Part shown: one piece after another, positions 12,909 through 25,817 of the stretch
Position numbering within the stretch: position 1 is the stretch's first letter
How the letters are laid out: each line of letters starts with the position of its first letter
NCBI GenBank assembly: GCA_964016885.1
Contig: OZ024745.1
Span: forward strand, 17,174,001 to 17,238,000
DNA: 64,000 bases
From: Eledone cirrhosa
Lineage: Eukaryota
Reading direction: 5' to 3'
Program-made: the position numbers and the translations under genes
The notes under the pieces: model-generated
Database searches by the model: none
Told to the model about the DNA's origin: nothing
Seen by the model: the letters and a program-made list of their open reading frames with translations, nothing else

Positions 12909-14202
12909 GGGAAGCAGAAAATTGCTTATTGTGATCCAGTTCGTGGTTAAGAAAGCCAGTCTCATGGATGGTTTCAACGTACGGTTAGGGGTAACTCCAC
13001 AAGTTTGTAAGAATTCCGTTCAATCTTGGAGTATAAAGTATAAAAGTGAAAACACGGGTAAGCATTAAGAGAAGGATTTTATCCAGGTATTTACGACCGT
13101 TTCATTGGTAAGTGCAACCTTATATTGCTATACTGCAAATAGCAGCCACTCAATTATAATTGTTGTTCACGTCCAAATTTTCAAAATAGTGAGTAAGTTA
13201 CTCTTGAAATAGTTCTTAATATATAGAAAAAAACATTTTTTTGGAATTGTATTTACTAGTATAGAATGAGAGGAAGAGGAATTAGAAGGTGAGGGGATAA
13301 ACGGAATAGTATAGAGAGAGAGGAAGGGGGAGAAGAGTTAGGAATTAGCGTGACAAACTGAGATGGAGGGAGGGGTAGAGGTGGAAGGCTTCCTTGATCA
13401 GTTTTGATATGTAGACTTCATGTCGTGGAATGTAGTGAGTTAAAGAGAATTAAATTGATCATAGTGGGAGGGATGGATAGAGGGGGGGGGGGTATACAGA
13501 GATAAATATATATATAAAAAATAAAGATAAAGATAATAATGACAAAAATAAAAGCAAAGAAGGACAGAGCGAATTGGAAGGAGAAAGTAAACAAACAACA
13601 TGGTAGTAATGCAACGTAAAGAGAGGAAAAGAGAAACAAGTCAATGGATCTTGTGGACTTAAGTCAGAACAAATCAGCCATTTTTTCATTCACATATAAT
13701 TTTTTCCCCTCGCTGTGGTTCGTATTTTTTCTATCACCTTACATCTATCCTCTTTCTCGCTCCCCCTTCTCTCTCCTTGTACCTCTTGCTTTCTTTCACC
13801 CCCTCTGCTGGTCAAACACACTCGGCTGGCCTCTTCCTCACACTTTCACTCACTCACTCTCTGCTACTCACCCTCTCTCACTTCCTCCCGTCTGACCTGT
13901 GTGAAATCCTTTTCTCTCTCACTTTTCGCGTAGCTCGGACGTGTTTGCCTCTTCTCGTCGATTGATTTGTTCGGACTTAAGTCCACAACAATTCATTGAC
14001 TTGTCTCTCTTTTCCACTCTTTACGTTTCATTACTACTATGTTGTTTGTTTACTTTCCCCTTCCAATTCGCTCTGCCCCGCTAACTCATTTTAGTTATCG
14101 CCCGCACTGAATTTGAGGTATCTAGTCTTTAATGCGAAGAAATACCAATGATAATCAGCAGACTACTGATGACGGACAGTCCCATTTCTCGGTCTATTTT
14201 CA

Positions 14203-14205
<3 letters not shown>
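12907..14205. mobile_element. Non-coding PLE-like remnant between (TA)n runs with an internal ~110-bp inverted repeat
   Basis: 13560-13677 is the reverse complement of 13962-14075. A weak HHR-like motif on minus (TTGAAAA ttgg..ccaa t GAAA cgg TC) lies at about 13091-13188. Confidence 0.5.
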
Positions 14206-14283
<78 letters not shown>

Positions 14284-14285
<2 letters not shown>

Positions 14286-14423
14286 CGAAGGAAATGTGGT
14301 AAGGAACCAGGTGGAACATAACGCACCAAAGTACTCAATACTTAGGGTAATTCCAGAATTACGGCTAATTCCAGAATTAGCCGTCAAAACGGCTTGAGCT
14401 CAGCCGTCGGGGCCCTACTCGTT

Positions 14424-14424
<1 letters not shown>
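14284..14424. mobile_element. Family-A short (TA)n insert (other copies 25349-25523, 25581-25756, 42305-42370)
   Basis: Shares acgaaggaaatgtggtaaggaaccaggtgg..gtactcaatacttagggta and agccgtc.aaacggcttgagctcagccg.cgggg with the other copies. Confidence 0.8.
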
Positions 14425-14472
<48 letters not shown>

Positions 14473-14879
14473 AGAGAGAGAGTGAGTAAGAGAGAGTGGG
14501 AAAGTGAGAGAGAAAGTATTGCATTTCTGTGAGATTAGTAATATATATATTTTATTTGTGTCTAGTGGTTAAATGCACTTGAAATAAAATAAGATTTATT
14601 GATGAGAAATGTTAACGGAATATGTGTACACATTGCAGAATTTTATTAATTACTCCAGAGATATCAAAATTTGCTATTCTGAATATTGTTATGCATAGCA
14701 CCTATCTTCAAATTTGGCAATATATACTGACATAGAGACACCACGCAGGCGCACATACAGACGTATACACACACCCAAACATATATATAGATACAAACGA
14801 ACACTTACAAATATATATATATGTACAATGATCTATACACATTCAAATAGAGACAAATAATATACAGAGGTGCACGCAA

Positions 14880-15010
14880 TGATTTGCGGTTAAGAAGTTT
14901 GTTTCAAAAACATGTCGTTTTCCGTTCGGTTTCTTTGACCCACACCTTGGGCAAGTGTTTCTACTATATCAACAGATTGACTTACGCTATAAGATTGGAC
15001 TTTGGTGGAC
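14880..15010 (+). mobile_element. Degenerate CORE-type SINE
   Basis: caccttgggcaagtgtttctacta resembles the CORE domain, preceded by a decayed tRNA-like head. Confidence 0.4.
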
Positions 15011-15043
15011 AAATATCCGTAACCTAGTCCTAAAAATAATGTT

Positions 15044-15114
<71 letters not shown>

Positions 15115-15129
15115 ATAATAAAGGCATTG

Positions 15130-15243
15130 TTGCTGGGAACAGCAAGATCCCTCCGATATGTCCTGAATATCTGAGGTTGCAGGTAGCGGCTTGATATTTA
15201 TTTCAACAAACTTTCCAGTTAAATAACATCAATGACTAAGACT
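15130..15243 (+). mobile_element. Short 3'-end copy of the adjacent Dong-like element
   Basis: Near-identical to 17479-17590. Confidence 0.85.
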
Positions 15244-15246
15244 ATA

Positions 15247-15277
<31 letters not shown>

Positions 15278-15289
15278 CAAAAATAAAAA

Positions 15290-17590
15290 AAAACGTTACT
15301 AACTGATATAGAAATTGATCACTTCGAATCCCAGGGTTGTGGCGGAATCACTGACAGTAGAACAAATTAAAGAAAGGATCGAACAAGTAGAGGGAGTGAA
15401 TGCTCAAGCTGAAAATCAAAATGAAAACAATGAGATAGTAAATGATAAAGAATTGAATGAGAATGAACTTGCCAACTTGAAGGATGAAATTATGATCAAA
15501 TGGCCCAAATGAAAGAATCTGACATGGGGGAACGAGACACTTTCCCTAAGATCCAGAACTCCAAACAGAACCAAAAGATAATATACAAGACTAACATAAT
15601 TCCAAAAACATTATCATCATAAACAAACTAAACATTACTGATCTAAATCATCTCTATTATGCATCGGCTAAAGTAACCACTCACTTATGTGGAGTGAAAA
15701 TGAAACAAGAAAGGATTTCCCACAAGAAACCTTCTTGGCAAGAGAACATCAATCGCCAAATAAACCTTCTCCGATCTGACAGAAATTTTAACAACCTACA
15801 AAGTAGGTGAACATGTTTAACAAACTTAACTTAGAAAATTGAAAAGAAAATACAGTATAAAATCAACAAGTGACATAGACATACTGATAGAAATAATCAA
15901 GCAAAAAGTGTCGGCCAAAGCTGCTCGTATAAGGCGCTTTGAAAAACGATCTAGTTTCTATAAGGACAATAATATGTTAAAAAACAACCAAAGAAACTTC
16001 TACAGAAAAATTGACAAGTCAACAATAACTGCTAAATCAATACCACCCAAGGAGGAAGTTCAAGAATTCTGGGAAAAGATCTGGGCCGAAGAAAAAGTTC
16101 ATAATATACATGCCCCAAAAGTTCATAAGATACAGCTCACCTTGAGGTCCAAAGATGGGAACATATAACAGTTGAACAGTTGGGTTTGGCTCTTAGAAAA
16201 ACTAGCAAATGGAAAAGACAAAATGCCAAATGTTTGGATAAATGACTTCACAGAGTCTCATGAGCTGTTAGCCCAACTTTAAAATGAAATAGTTAAGGAG
16301 CCAGAAAAGATACCAGCATGGCTAGTTAACGGCATTACATTCCTACTTCCGAAGAATGATGAGACAAACAATCCCAAATAAGTACAGACCGATAACTTGC
16401 TTGACCGCAATGTATAAAATGTTAAAGTCAGTCCTAACTGAGTACACATATGACCACCTGATAACAAATTATCTATTTCCCAATGAGCAGAAAGGGTGTA
16501 AACGAGGCTCATATGGCTGTAAAGATCAGCTTTTGGTTAACAAAAATCTATCAATTGCTTATAAAAAAGCATTCGATAAAAAAGCATTCGATAGTTTGCC
16601 ACACAGTTGGATTGAAAAATGTTTAGAGATTTTCAAAATATCTCCCGTTGTCAGGAGATTCCTGTCATTCATTATGAAGACATGGAAAATGACACTCCTT
16701 TTGAATAGTGAGAAAAAATCAGTGGAAGCTGGAGAAGTTAATATTAATTGTGGAAATTTTCAGGGTGACTCTTTATCACAGCTTTTATTCTGCATCGCAC
16801 TTATACCATTAAGTAAGATGCTCAATGAAACAAAACATGGATATAAAGTCTATGACAAAATCATTAATCACTTGTTCTACATGGATGACCTGAAACTATT
16901 TGCAAAAAAGGATGAACAATTGCAAGGCTAATATCCACTGTGAAACAGTTCAGTGATGACATTAAAATGGAGTTTGGACTAGATAAATGCGCCAAAGCAA
17001 CGTTCACCCGAGGAAAGCTGCTGAAAAGTTCAGACATTAATCTTGATCGGGGGAATGTGATACGAGAACTTGATCAAGAGGAAACTTACAAATGTCTAGG
17101 TGTTTGTGAAGGAGACGGATTCAAGCACTCAACAATCAGGGAAAGGATAAGGAAGGAATGTTACCGCAGAGTAAGAGCAATCTGAAGAACGGATTTGAAT
17201 GCAATAGGATCGATGCCATAAACACGCTTGCTATACCAGTAGTAACCTACAGCTACAATGTCATCATTGGTCAAGCACAGAGTGCAAGAAAAGGAGAGGG
17301 ATAAAATTAACCGATACCAAGACTTAAAGTGGGGGGTAAAAAGGATTTGGAACTGCCATGAAGTCAGACTGGTCCCGATTGTCATAGGCGCACTAGGTAC
17401 TATCTCAAAGAGTTTCCAAGGATGGTTAAAGAAAATTAGTGCAGCCCCGCTTTTTGGAAAACTTCAAAAACCATGCTTGCCGGGAACAGCAAGTACCCTC
17501 CGATACGTCCTGAATATCTGAGGTTGCCGGTAGCGGCTTGATATTCATTTCAGCAAACTTTGCAGTTAAATAACATCAATGACTAAGACT
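15290..17590 (+). mobile_element. R4/Dong-clade (RLE-type) non-LTR retrotransposon, degenerate, internally deleted
   Basis: KYRPITCL, EQKGCKRGSYGCKDQLL, KKAFDS, QGDSLS, HLFYMDDLKLF, MEFGLDKC, and C-terminal KINRYQDL..IW..VPIVIGALG. Preceded and followed by (TAA)n-like runs. Confidence 0.9.
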
Positions 17591-17627
17591 CAAAGAACAA
17601 TAATAGTAATAACAATAAATAATAATA

Positions 17628-17736
17628 AATGTGAAGACTAAAACCCAAAGACGGCTCGATAAGGATAGTTACAGAAGATCCCGTTAAGGGTGAAAGCAGC
17701 GATTCTTTGCTTAAACTTTAATCTGTTATTTTAATA
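17628..17736. mobile_element. Family-D short insert (other copies 24688-24886, 49261-49700) with a degenerate HHR-like motif
   Basis: Shared aaatgtgaagactaaaa.ccaaagacggctcgataagg and cNgaaga t ccc gttaa ggg t GAAA gcagcgatt. Confidence 0.7.
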
Positions 17737-17756
17737 AATATATATATATATATATA

Positions 17757-18229
17757 TCATGATAGATTAACGGAGCCATAGACTCTCGCTATTCCATGTC
17801 AATAATGTAATCAAAGGAGAAGGAATCCTGAGCTCTTTAAAATACAATATATTGAAAAGTTAACACACCAGAGAGAGGTAGTGTGCCATCAATAAAACAG
17901 AGAAAAACCACCAGTGGAATCTATAACCTATGAAAGGCAGGGTAGACACACGATAATTAAAAATATCAATTAAAGTGTATATACAACCCTCTATAACTAT
18001 ATAACACACGCGTACAAATCCAAAGAGGTCTGATATCGCCAATAAGTTCTTGACAGAAATAAATAGCCCATGGTGTTTAAGGCTATACATTTTAGACAAC
18101 TCGAAGAGTATTTAAAGCGACTGTCCAGCTACACGTGGGAGAGAGACGTCACAGCGTGTTTAGAGCAGGGAACCAGTGTTTTCCCCTGTTTTATTGATGG
18201 CGCACTCTAGTGTGTTACCTTTTCAACAT

Positions 18230-18235
<6 letters not shown>
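17757..18235. mobile_element. (TA)n insert with ~60-bp inverted arms (17843-17910 / 18178-18235), probable pLTR remnant
   Basis: Arms are reverse complementary and the architecture matches the other inserts. No clear HHR. Confidence 0.55.
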
Positions 18236-18282
<47 letters not shown>

Positions 18283-18559
18283 ATTATTATTATTTGCCTT
18301 TCATCCTTACCGGATCGATAACATAAAGTACCAGTAATGTCCTGGTTAATTGCTGGCCTTAACAAAAGTAGAAACAATTATTATTACTATAAGTCTAAAT
18401 AGTGGGTCTTGTTAATCTGGAGCTGCGCTTGTTTATCACAGAGGCAACAGGCATGTGTTAGCCAGGCAAAAGTTCAGACTACAGTACTCGCTCTTAAAAT
18501 GAATATTAAAACTCTACTTCGGAATTGAGTAGCCTTTTCTCTCAGCCGTCAACCACATA

Positions 18560-18600
<41 letters not shown>

Positions 18601-19426
18601 CAGCATGGCCCCAGCCGGATGGCTGGTGCAGGTAAAAGAGTAAAAGAGTTTATATATATATATATCAGGTGTGCGTGTGTATGTATTTATTTCCATTAAT
18701 GTGAAAATCATAACCAACAACTAAAACTATATGTTCTAAATGCTATGCAAATTCAGCAAAAATTTGATACAATAAACGGTAATTTTAGAAACTCTTCTAT
18801 CATAACTCTGGATAAAATACAATTTATAGCAGCTTTAAAGTGGTTTGAGGCGAGGTCGCTATCGATTAATGTACGTTCATGAAATATATACCTAACACTT
18901 CATATACGTGTTAAAATATTGTATTTAACAAGATAAATATATTTAATTTTCAACATTGCAATATGCAATAATACATTATTGTTTATGTAGAAAACGTAGT
19001 GTATTTCAATCCAGCTGCTGAATATCTACAAATACAAGTTTCTTACATGCACACATTTCGTGCGTTCCGTGTTTATTGGAGTAGTATATTATTGTTAGAA
19101 TCTTACGCACATCCTCGTGAGCAGATCGTGAGCATTGAAACTTATCTTGGCCAAAATTATTTATTATATGACACATTACTGGATCACATTTCAAAGTTTA
19201 TTGTTTAGTTATGTAAATGAAGCACAAATTAACACGTGGGTATTAATTTAATTTTAATTTGATGCTCGCCTGGTTTTATATTTCCGTCGATATATTTTGG
19301 ACGTTTTATGCATATTTTTCGTTATTATATGCAAATGTGAACGGGATAACTGAACATAATAAATGTCTGGTCTAAATATATTTAATTTGCTTCGTCTGTG
19401 TTTCCAGTTTAGTAGCATCACTTAAA

Positions 19427-20618
19427 ATAATTGTTTCTACTTTAGGCACAAGGCCAGCAATTACTCAGTGCATTACTGGTACTTTATTTTATCGAGCCGT
19501 AAGGATGAAAGGCAAAGTCAACCTCGGCGGGATTTGAACTCAGATCGTAAAGGGACGTAACTATGCTGGAAAACATGGCGTCCGACCCTCTACTGATACT
19601 GCCAATACACCGCCCTTAACCACATCACATCACTTAAAATAATGGTTTCTTATATAGGCACAAAGCCAGTAATTTAGGAGGAGGGGAAAGTCGAGTAAAT
19701 CGACACAGTACGTTACTGGTGCATTATTCTATCGACCCCGTAAGTTAACCTCGGCGGGATTTGAACTCAGACCGTAAAGGACCGTAACTCTATGCTGCAA
19801 AGCATTGTGTCCGACTCTCTACCGATACTGCTAATCCACCGCCCTAACATCACTTAAATAATAGCATTATAAACTAATGCGGTGGATTGGCAGTATCGGT
19901 AGAGTGTCGGACGCCATGCTTTGACGCATAGAGTTACGGCCCTTTTCATTCTGAGTTCAAATCCCGCCGAGATTAACTTTGCCTAGCATCCTTATGGGGT
20001 CGATGAAATAAAGAACATTGATAATACACTGGGGATTGCTGGCCTTGTGCCAAAAGTAGAAACAATTATAAACTAATGCATGGATCAAAGACACACGCAC
20101 ACACAAACACACATACGGACCCCATACACACACGCGATCACAAACACACACACACTTGCATTTTCTTTAACAAAAAATGTAATTACTTTCCATTTTATAT
20201 AGCCCCTTAAGAATGCGGCATTTTATTGGCAGAATGGGTAGAGCGTCAGACAATATGCTTTGCGGCATATAGTTACGTCTTTTTGCGTTCACTGTTCAAA
20301 TCCCGCCGAGGTTAGCGTTTCCTTTCGGGGTCGATAATAGAAAGTACCAGTAATATACTGCGGCCGAATACTCGACTCTCCCATCCACCAAAAATGTGTT
20401 GGCTGTGTGCCTAAATAAGAAAACATTATTGGTGAATTGGCAGTATCGGTAGAGGGTCGGACGCCATGCTTTGACGCATAGAGTTACGGTCCTTGCCATT
20501 CTGAGTTCAAATCCCGCCAATGTTGACTTTGCCTTTCATCCTTACGGGGTCGTTAAAATAAAGTACCAGTAATACACTGGGTAATTGCTGGCCTTGTGCC
20601 AAAAGTAGAAACAATTAT
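19427..20618. mobile_element. Cluster of five Meta-domain-like SINEs (19427-19614 -, 19640-19843 -, 19879-20070 +, 20215-20430 +, 20431-20618 +)
   Basis: The same A/B boxes and core in each copy. Confidence 0.88.
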
Positions 20619-21038
20619 TTTATAGTATATGCCTGGTTCTAGAATACGAGGAACATGGTAATTAGTAGACTGCTTCTGAATATGTTATTACAATATGGTA
20701 TAGTAGGTGGGATGTATGCAGTCGTTTTCCTAATATATTAATTGTCTGTTTTAATTAATTTTCTGGTATTTACAGTTAGTTGTTCGATACGATTGTGTTT
20801 CTGTTCGTTTATTTACGTATTTTTCTCGGGGGGGGGGGTATACGAATGGAGGACGTTCTATTTGTACGTCTAACCTGTATTGTGGGAGTCCTTGGGCTTT
20901 TCACTTTTGTTGAATATTTATTGAAATTCACCAAAGGTTTTCAATTGGATATTGTTTGGACTGAATATAGAAAGGAAGGAGAAGTATTTATTTCAGCTTT
21001 GTTATCTTAGTAGGTGTTGGTTGTAAATGTTTAAGATA

Positions 21039-21210
21039 CGGTGGATTGGCAGTATCGGTAGAGGGTCAGATACTATGCTTTAATGCATAGAGTTACGCCC
21101 CCCTTGCCATTCTTAGTTCAAATCGCTTTCATCCTTACGGGGTCGATAAAATAAAGTACCAGTAATGTACTGGATAATTGCTGGCCTTGTGCAAAATGTA
21201 GAAACAATTA
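21039..21210 (+). mobile_element. Meta-domain-like SINE
   Basis: Same family, with an internal deletion after the B box. Confidence 0.85.
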
Positions 21211-21504
21211 ATTACAGACTATCCTTAATCTTTGTTTTTATTGTTTTGTTTTTTTAAATCAAGAGGATTGGTATCTGAAGCAGGCAAATTTCCTTCTTCG
21301 ACGTCAGGATCAACATCTTTATGGACTTCACGTGTTGAGTTACGCATGGCGAACTATAATGTTTAATAATTCGCGACTAGTATAACAGCTCTGTATGGTT
21401 CCCATTGCATTGAGATAAAAAGTTTGTAAATGAGTATACTTGCTCCTGTTAATAATATATTAGTATGTCATACACACATATATATATATATACATTAGTA
21501 TACT

Positions 21505-21611
<107 letters not shown>

Positions 21612-21699
21612 TATATTTGTGTGGGTAGCAACACGTGTTAGTGTGTGTTGCTGCTGACTCTAAGAGAGCCCCATGCAGGCTGTTGTTACAATATGTTTT

Positions 21700-22700
21700 T
21701 AACATAATGTAACATTTGAAAGTGGTTCAATTATTTTATTCAACCAGAATATTCTGATTTTAGGTAGATGGAAAGGATAATTAGCTAAAATTGCAATTAG
21801 TGAGTTAAACAACAACATCCAAAAGAACCAAATATATAAAATCCCTATATCAAGAGTAAATTAAACAGTGAGTAGGTACATTGTAAAATTCGAAACTTCA
21901 AAGACACTGCCATCTTTTATTTGAAAGATAAATATTCCACGGAATTCCTAAACAAAATGTCACGTTGATGACACGTTTGTGTTTTAAAAAGATGTTTTAA
22001 AAAGACACAACTATGTTCTTACTAACTCTCGTATATCTCGAGATTTCAATAAATTTGTAAACTATATTCCAAAACAACATTATTGCCATATTTCACAAAC
22101 ACATGATAATTCCAACATGTAATATACCTTGCACAATCTAAGTCTGGAAAATGTTAAACTCCATTACATACTCCCTATGTATACAGAGAATATTAACCAG
22201 ATTCTTAGTCATGATGAACATTTGAACTTATTTCAATATGCCAAAGCATAGACCCATTAAAACATCATCACTTTTATGGCATACCTCTGCTTTCCAAACC
22301 AAAGAAATCTTACACATCCACATATGTCGATGATGTTATTCAAATAAATTCCATTCGATATAAAAGAAAACCAACAGCGACATAGGTTAATGATATCATA
22401 CCAAGTTACTTAAATTAATTCTATTCGATACAAAAAACCACCAATGACATACGTTAATGATATCTTGCCGATGTTGTGTAGCGTATAACTAAACAATTTC
22501 ATATCATCCATCCAGATAAGTGTGCGACACCAAATACAACGAGTGTAGCAGCTTCAAACACTACAACCCCATTTACTATCTAAAACATAAAAAAATGATA
22601 AATAAAAACAACAAAATATTGAACAACATAAATAAAACATGGAGGCCTTCTCGAAATGTCACACCTCTTTTCTATTCAAAGGCAATATTGAATACATACT
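21700..22700 (+). mobile_element. Very old PLE-like RT remnant
   Basis: Scattered motifs only: cacgttgatgacacgtttgtg = HVDDTFV, and YKRKPTAT resembling the PLE YRKPT motif. Confidence 0.3.
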
Positions 22701-24150
22701 AAAGTAAAGGAAATCACTCTCAGCACATGCTTAGGGTTTCTTAAAAGGTAAATATATATATTATGGGTGTGTACAGAATAATGTATTTCAGTAGCGCTCC
22801 TTGATTGTAGAATGACCGGAGAGATATATGTGACTCTCAAAATACCCGCAATTCAATTTGTGTCATCTTGCCTCAACACTAGAGGTATCATACGTTTTTA
22901 AATAGTAGTTTTTGAGTATTTAATGTCGTCCCAACATAATGCCAAGGGAGAAATATTACACTCTAGAGTAAGAAATATATAAAAATATAGCTGAATATTA
23001 AAAGTCACAACTGATCGGTAATAGACTTAGGAATCTGAGGAACATACATAGACATATAGAAGCACATGGACATTTTACAAGCTTATATCAGAGATGAGCC
23101 TACATCAAGCAAGAAACAAATAACTGTAGCTCAATACTGCCAGATCCACGCACAATTCCCCATACATATTCTAAAAATTCATGCGGAGTTCAATAGTGAT
23201 CTCACTACTTTTTCCCTGTTATATTGCTTGGATCATGCTGGATATCTTACGCGATATATTTGGACATAGCTACTATATTTAAGTTTACTTGATGTAAAAA
23301 CGGTAATGCTGAATTCTATGGCAAACAAAAAAAATATATGATGTGAATATAATGGTGTTGATCAGATTCATATATAATGTTGTTTTAGTGGTAACAGAAA
23401 AATATATTCCGTGTTTATTTTGAAAAATTCATTCTGCAGTTTTACGAGAGTCTATTGTGATTTTCCGTTAACACTATCGCAATAATTAGTGAATCTGGTA
23501 TAGAAATAAATAATAGATTTGATTGGTTGTAAAAGCAAATTCTAAAACGTGGTTATTATCTTGTTTGCGTTTCCCCATGTGGATCTCAATTTGTCATTCG
23601 ATACTGATAAATCAATTAGCTACAATCCGATAATAGATTCTTCACATGAAATTTTTTATGAATACCAACGTCATTTCTTTTTACGATAGTCCATATATAT
23701 GTTATTGTTGTTCGATCAATGTTGTATAATAAGTGGGATTTGGGTGTTCAGATCACAATGAACGATAATTAGGATATATATGTAAAGAAGATTGTGAATA
23801 GAAGAGCAAATTTGACCCTAATATTGAAATGTTGCCGATAACAAAGTAAAACGTTCTAGTAAAGTATTCTAGCTCGTATCGTTTGTTAAAGTTTGGTTGT
23901 ATTTTACAAATATTTCTCCTATTGTTCCATTTGTAAAGAGATAAATGATTTAACAATTTTGAATGATTGTAATTTCATTTGAAAACATTTAAATGAAACA
24001 AAATATATCACAGTGTGAAAAGCGCCTGACTAAAATACAAAGTAAAGATGTAAATATAACAGTATTAATCCTTCACACACACACACATATACAGACACAC
24101 AGACACACAGACACACACACAGATACAGACACACAGACACACACACACAC

Positions 24151-24334
<184 letters not shown>

Positions 24335-24650
24335 AGGTGTATGGCTTAATGGTTCGAACATTGGGCTTGCAATCGAACGGTTGTGAGTTCAATGCGTTGT
24401 GTCCTCGAGCAAGACACTTTATTACACGTTGCTCAAGTTTACTCAGCTGTAGAAATGAATTGCGACTTCACTGGTGCCGAGCTGTATCGGTCATAACCTT
24501 TCCCTTGGACGTCAACGGTGGCGTGAGAGGGGGAGGCATGTAGCATGGGTGACTGCTGGTTTTTCTCAGACAACTTTGCCCGGATTTGTGACTCTGACGG
24601 AAACATTCTAGGTGCAAATCACGTGTTCAGTCGTAACTGAAGGGTGTTTT
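24335..24650 (+). mobile_element. tRNA-derived CORE-type SINE
   Basis: A box tggcttaatggtt, B box gagttcaat, then ttgtgtcctcgagcaagacacttta...ctcagctgtagaaatg (CORE-like). Confidence 0.75.
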
Positions 24651-24687
24651 CGATATATAAAGATATATATATGTATAGTAATAATAA

Positions 24688-24982
<295 letters not shown>

Positions 24983-25294
24983 ATATATCATCCTAACTTT
25001 TTGTTATTGTTGTCTTCTGTATATTCTGTATAGCCCGACATGTGTTATACGATGTGTACTCGCAGCCTTTCTGTTCTCAATAGAGACAAACAATACATCT
25101 GTGAAACACAGAAAGCCGTTAACGTATCAGTGAGTTAGAAAGGGAACATCCCAAATAATACGAGTCATATTGGCTTCCTGCAAGGGTGAATTCGATAAAT
25201 TCTTTTAAACTTATATACACTAATTATTATAGATTTAACATCGAGTGCTCATCCGAGTTAACCTACAGTAACTCCAAGTTACACTCCCTGGATA

Positions 25295-25348
<54 letters not shown>

Positions 25349-25351
<3 letters not shown>

Positions 25352-25520
25352 CGAAGGAAATGTGGTAAGGAACCAGGTGGACCATAACGCACCAAAGTAC
25401 TCAATACTTAGGGTAGTAGAGTGGGTAATAGGAACAAGTAAGACCCCGTCGGCTGAGCTCAAGCCGTTTCGACGGCTAATTCTGGACGGAATGAGCTCAG
25501 CCGTCGGGGTCTTACTTGTT

Positions 25521-25584
<64 letters not shown>

Positions 25585-25753
25585 AACAAGTAAGACCCCG
25601 ACGGCTGAGCTCATTCCGTCCAGAATTAGCCGTCGAAACGGCTTGAGCTCAGCCGACGGGGTCTTACTTGTTCCTATTACCCACTCTACTACCCTAAGTA
25701 TTGAGTACTTTGGTGCGTTATGGTCCAACCGGCTCCTTACCACATTTCCTTCG

Positions 25754-25756
<3 letters not shown>
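25349..25756. repeat. ~400-bp palindrome: two family-A hairpin elements in inverted orientation around a (TA)n centre
   Basis: 25349-25523 is the reverse complement of 25581-25756 with a few mismatches. Each unit has its own ~33-bp hairpin. Confidence 0.92.

Positions 25757-25814
<58 letters not shown>

Positions 25815-25817
<3 letters not shown>

Noticed and set aside
14166-14200. Isolated CTGATGA (also at 6213, and 39644-39650 minus)
   Set aside because: No matching stem II plus GAAA in that register.
20620-21400. Possible decayed PLE on the minus strand around a SINE
   Set aside because: Only vague fragments; too degraded to call.
25349-25756. CRISPR-like or regularly spaced repeat array
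   Set aside because: Only inverted pairs, no repeat-spacer periodicity, and a eukaryotic context.
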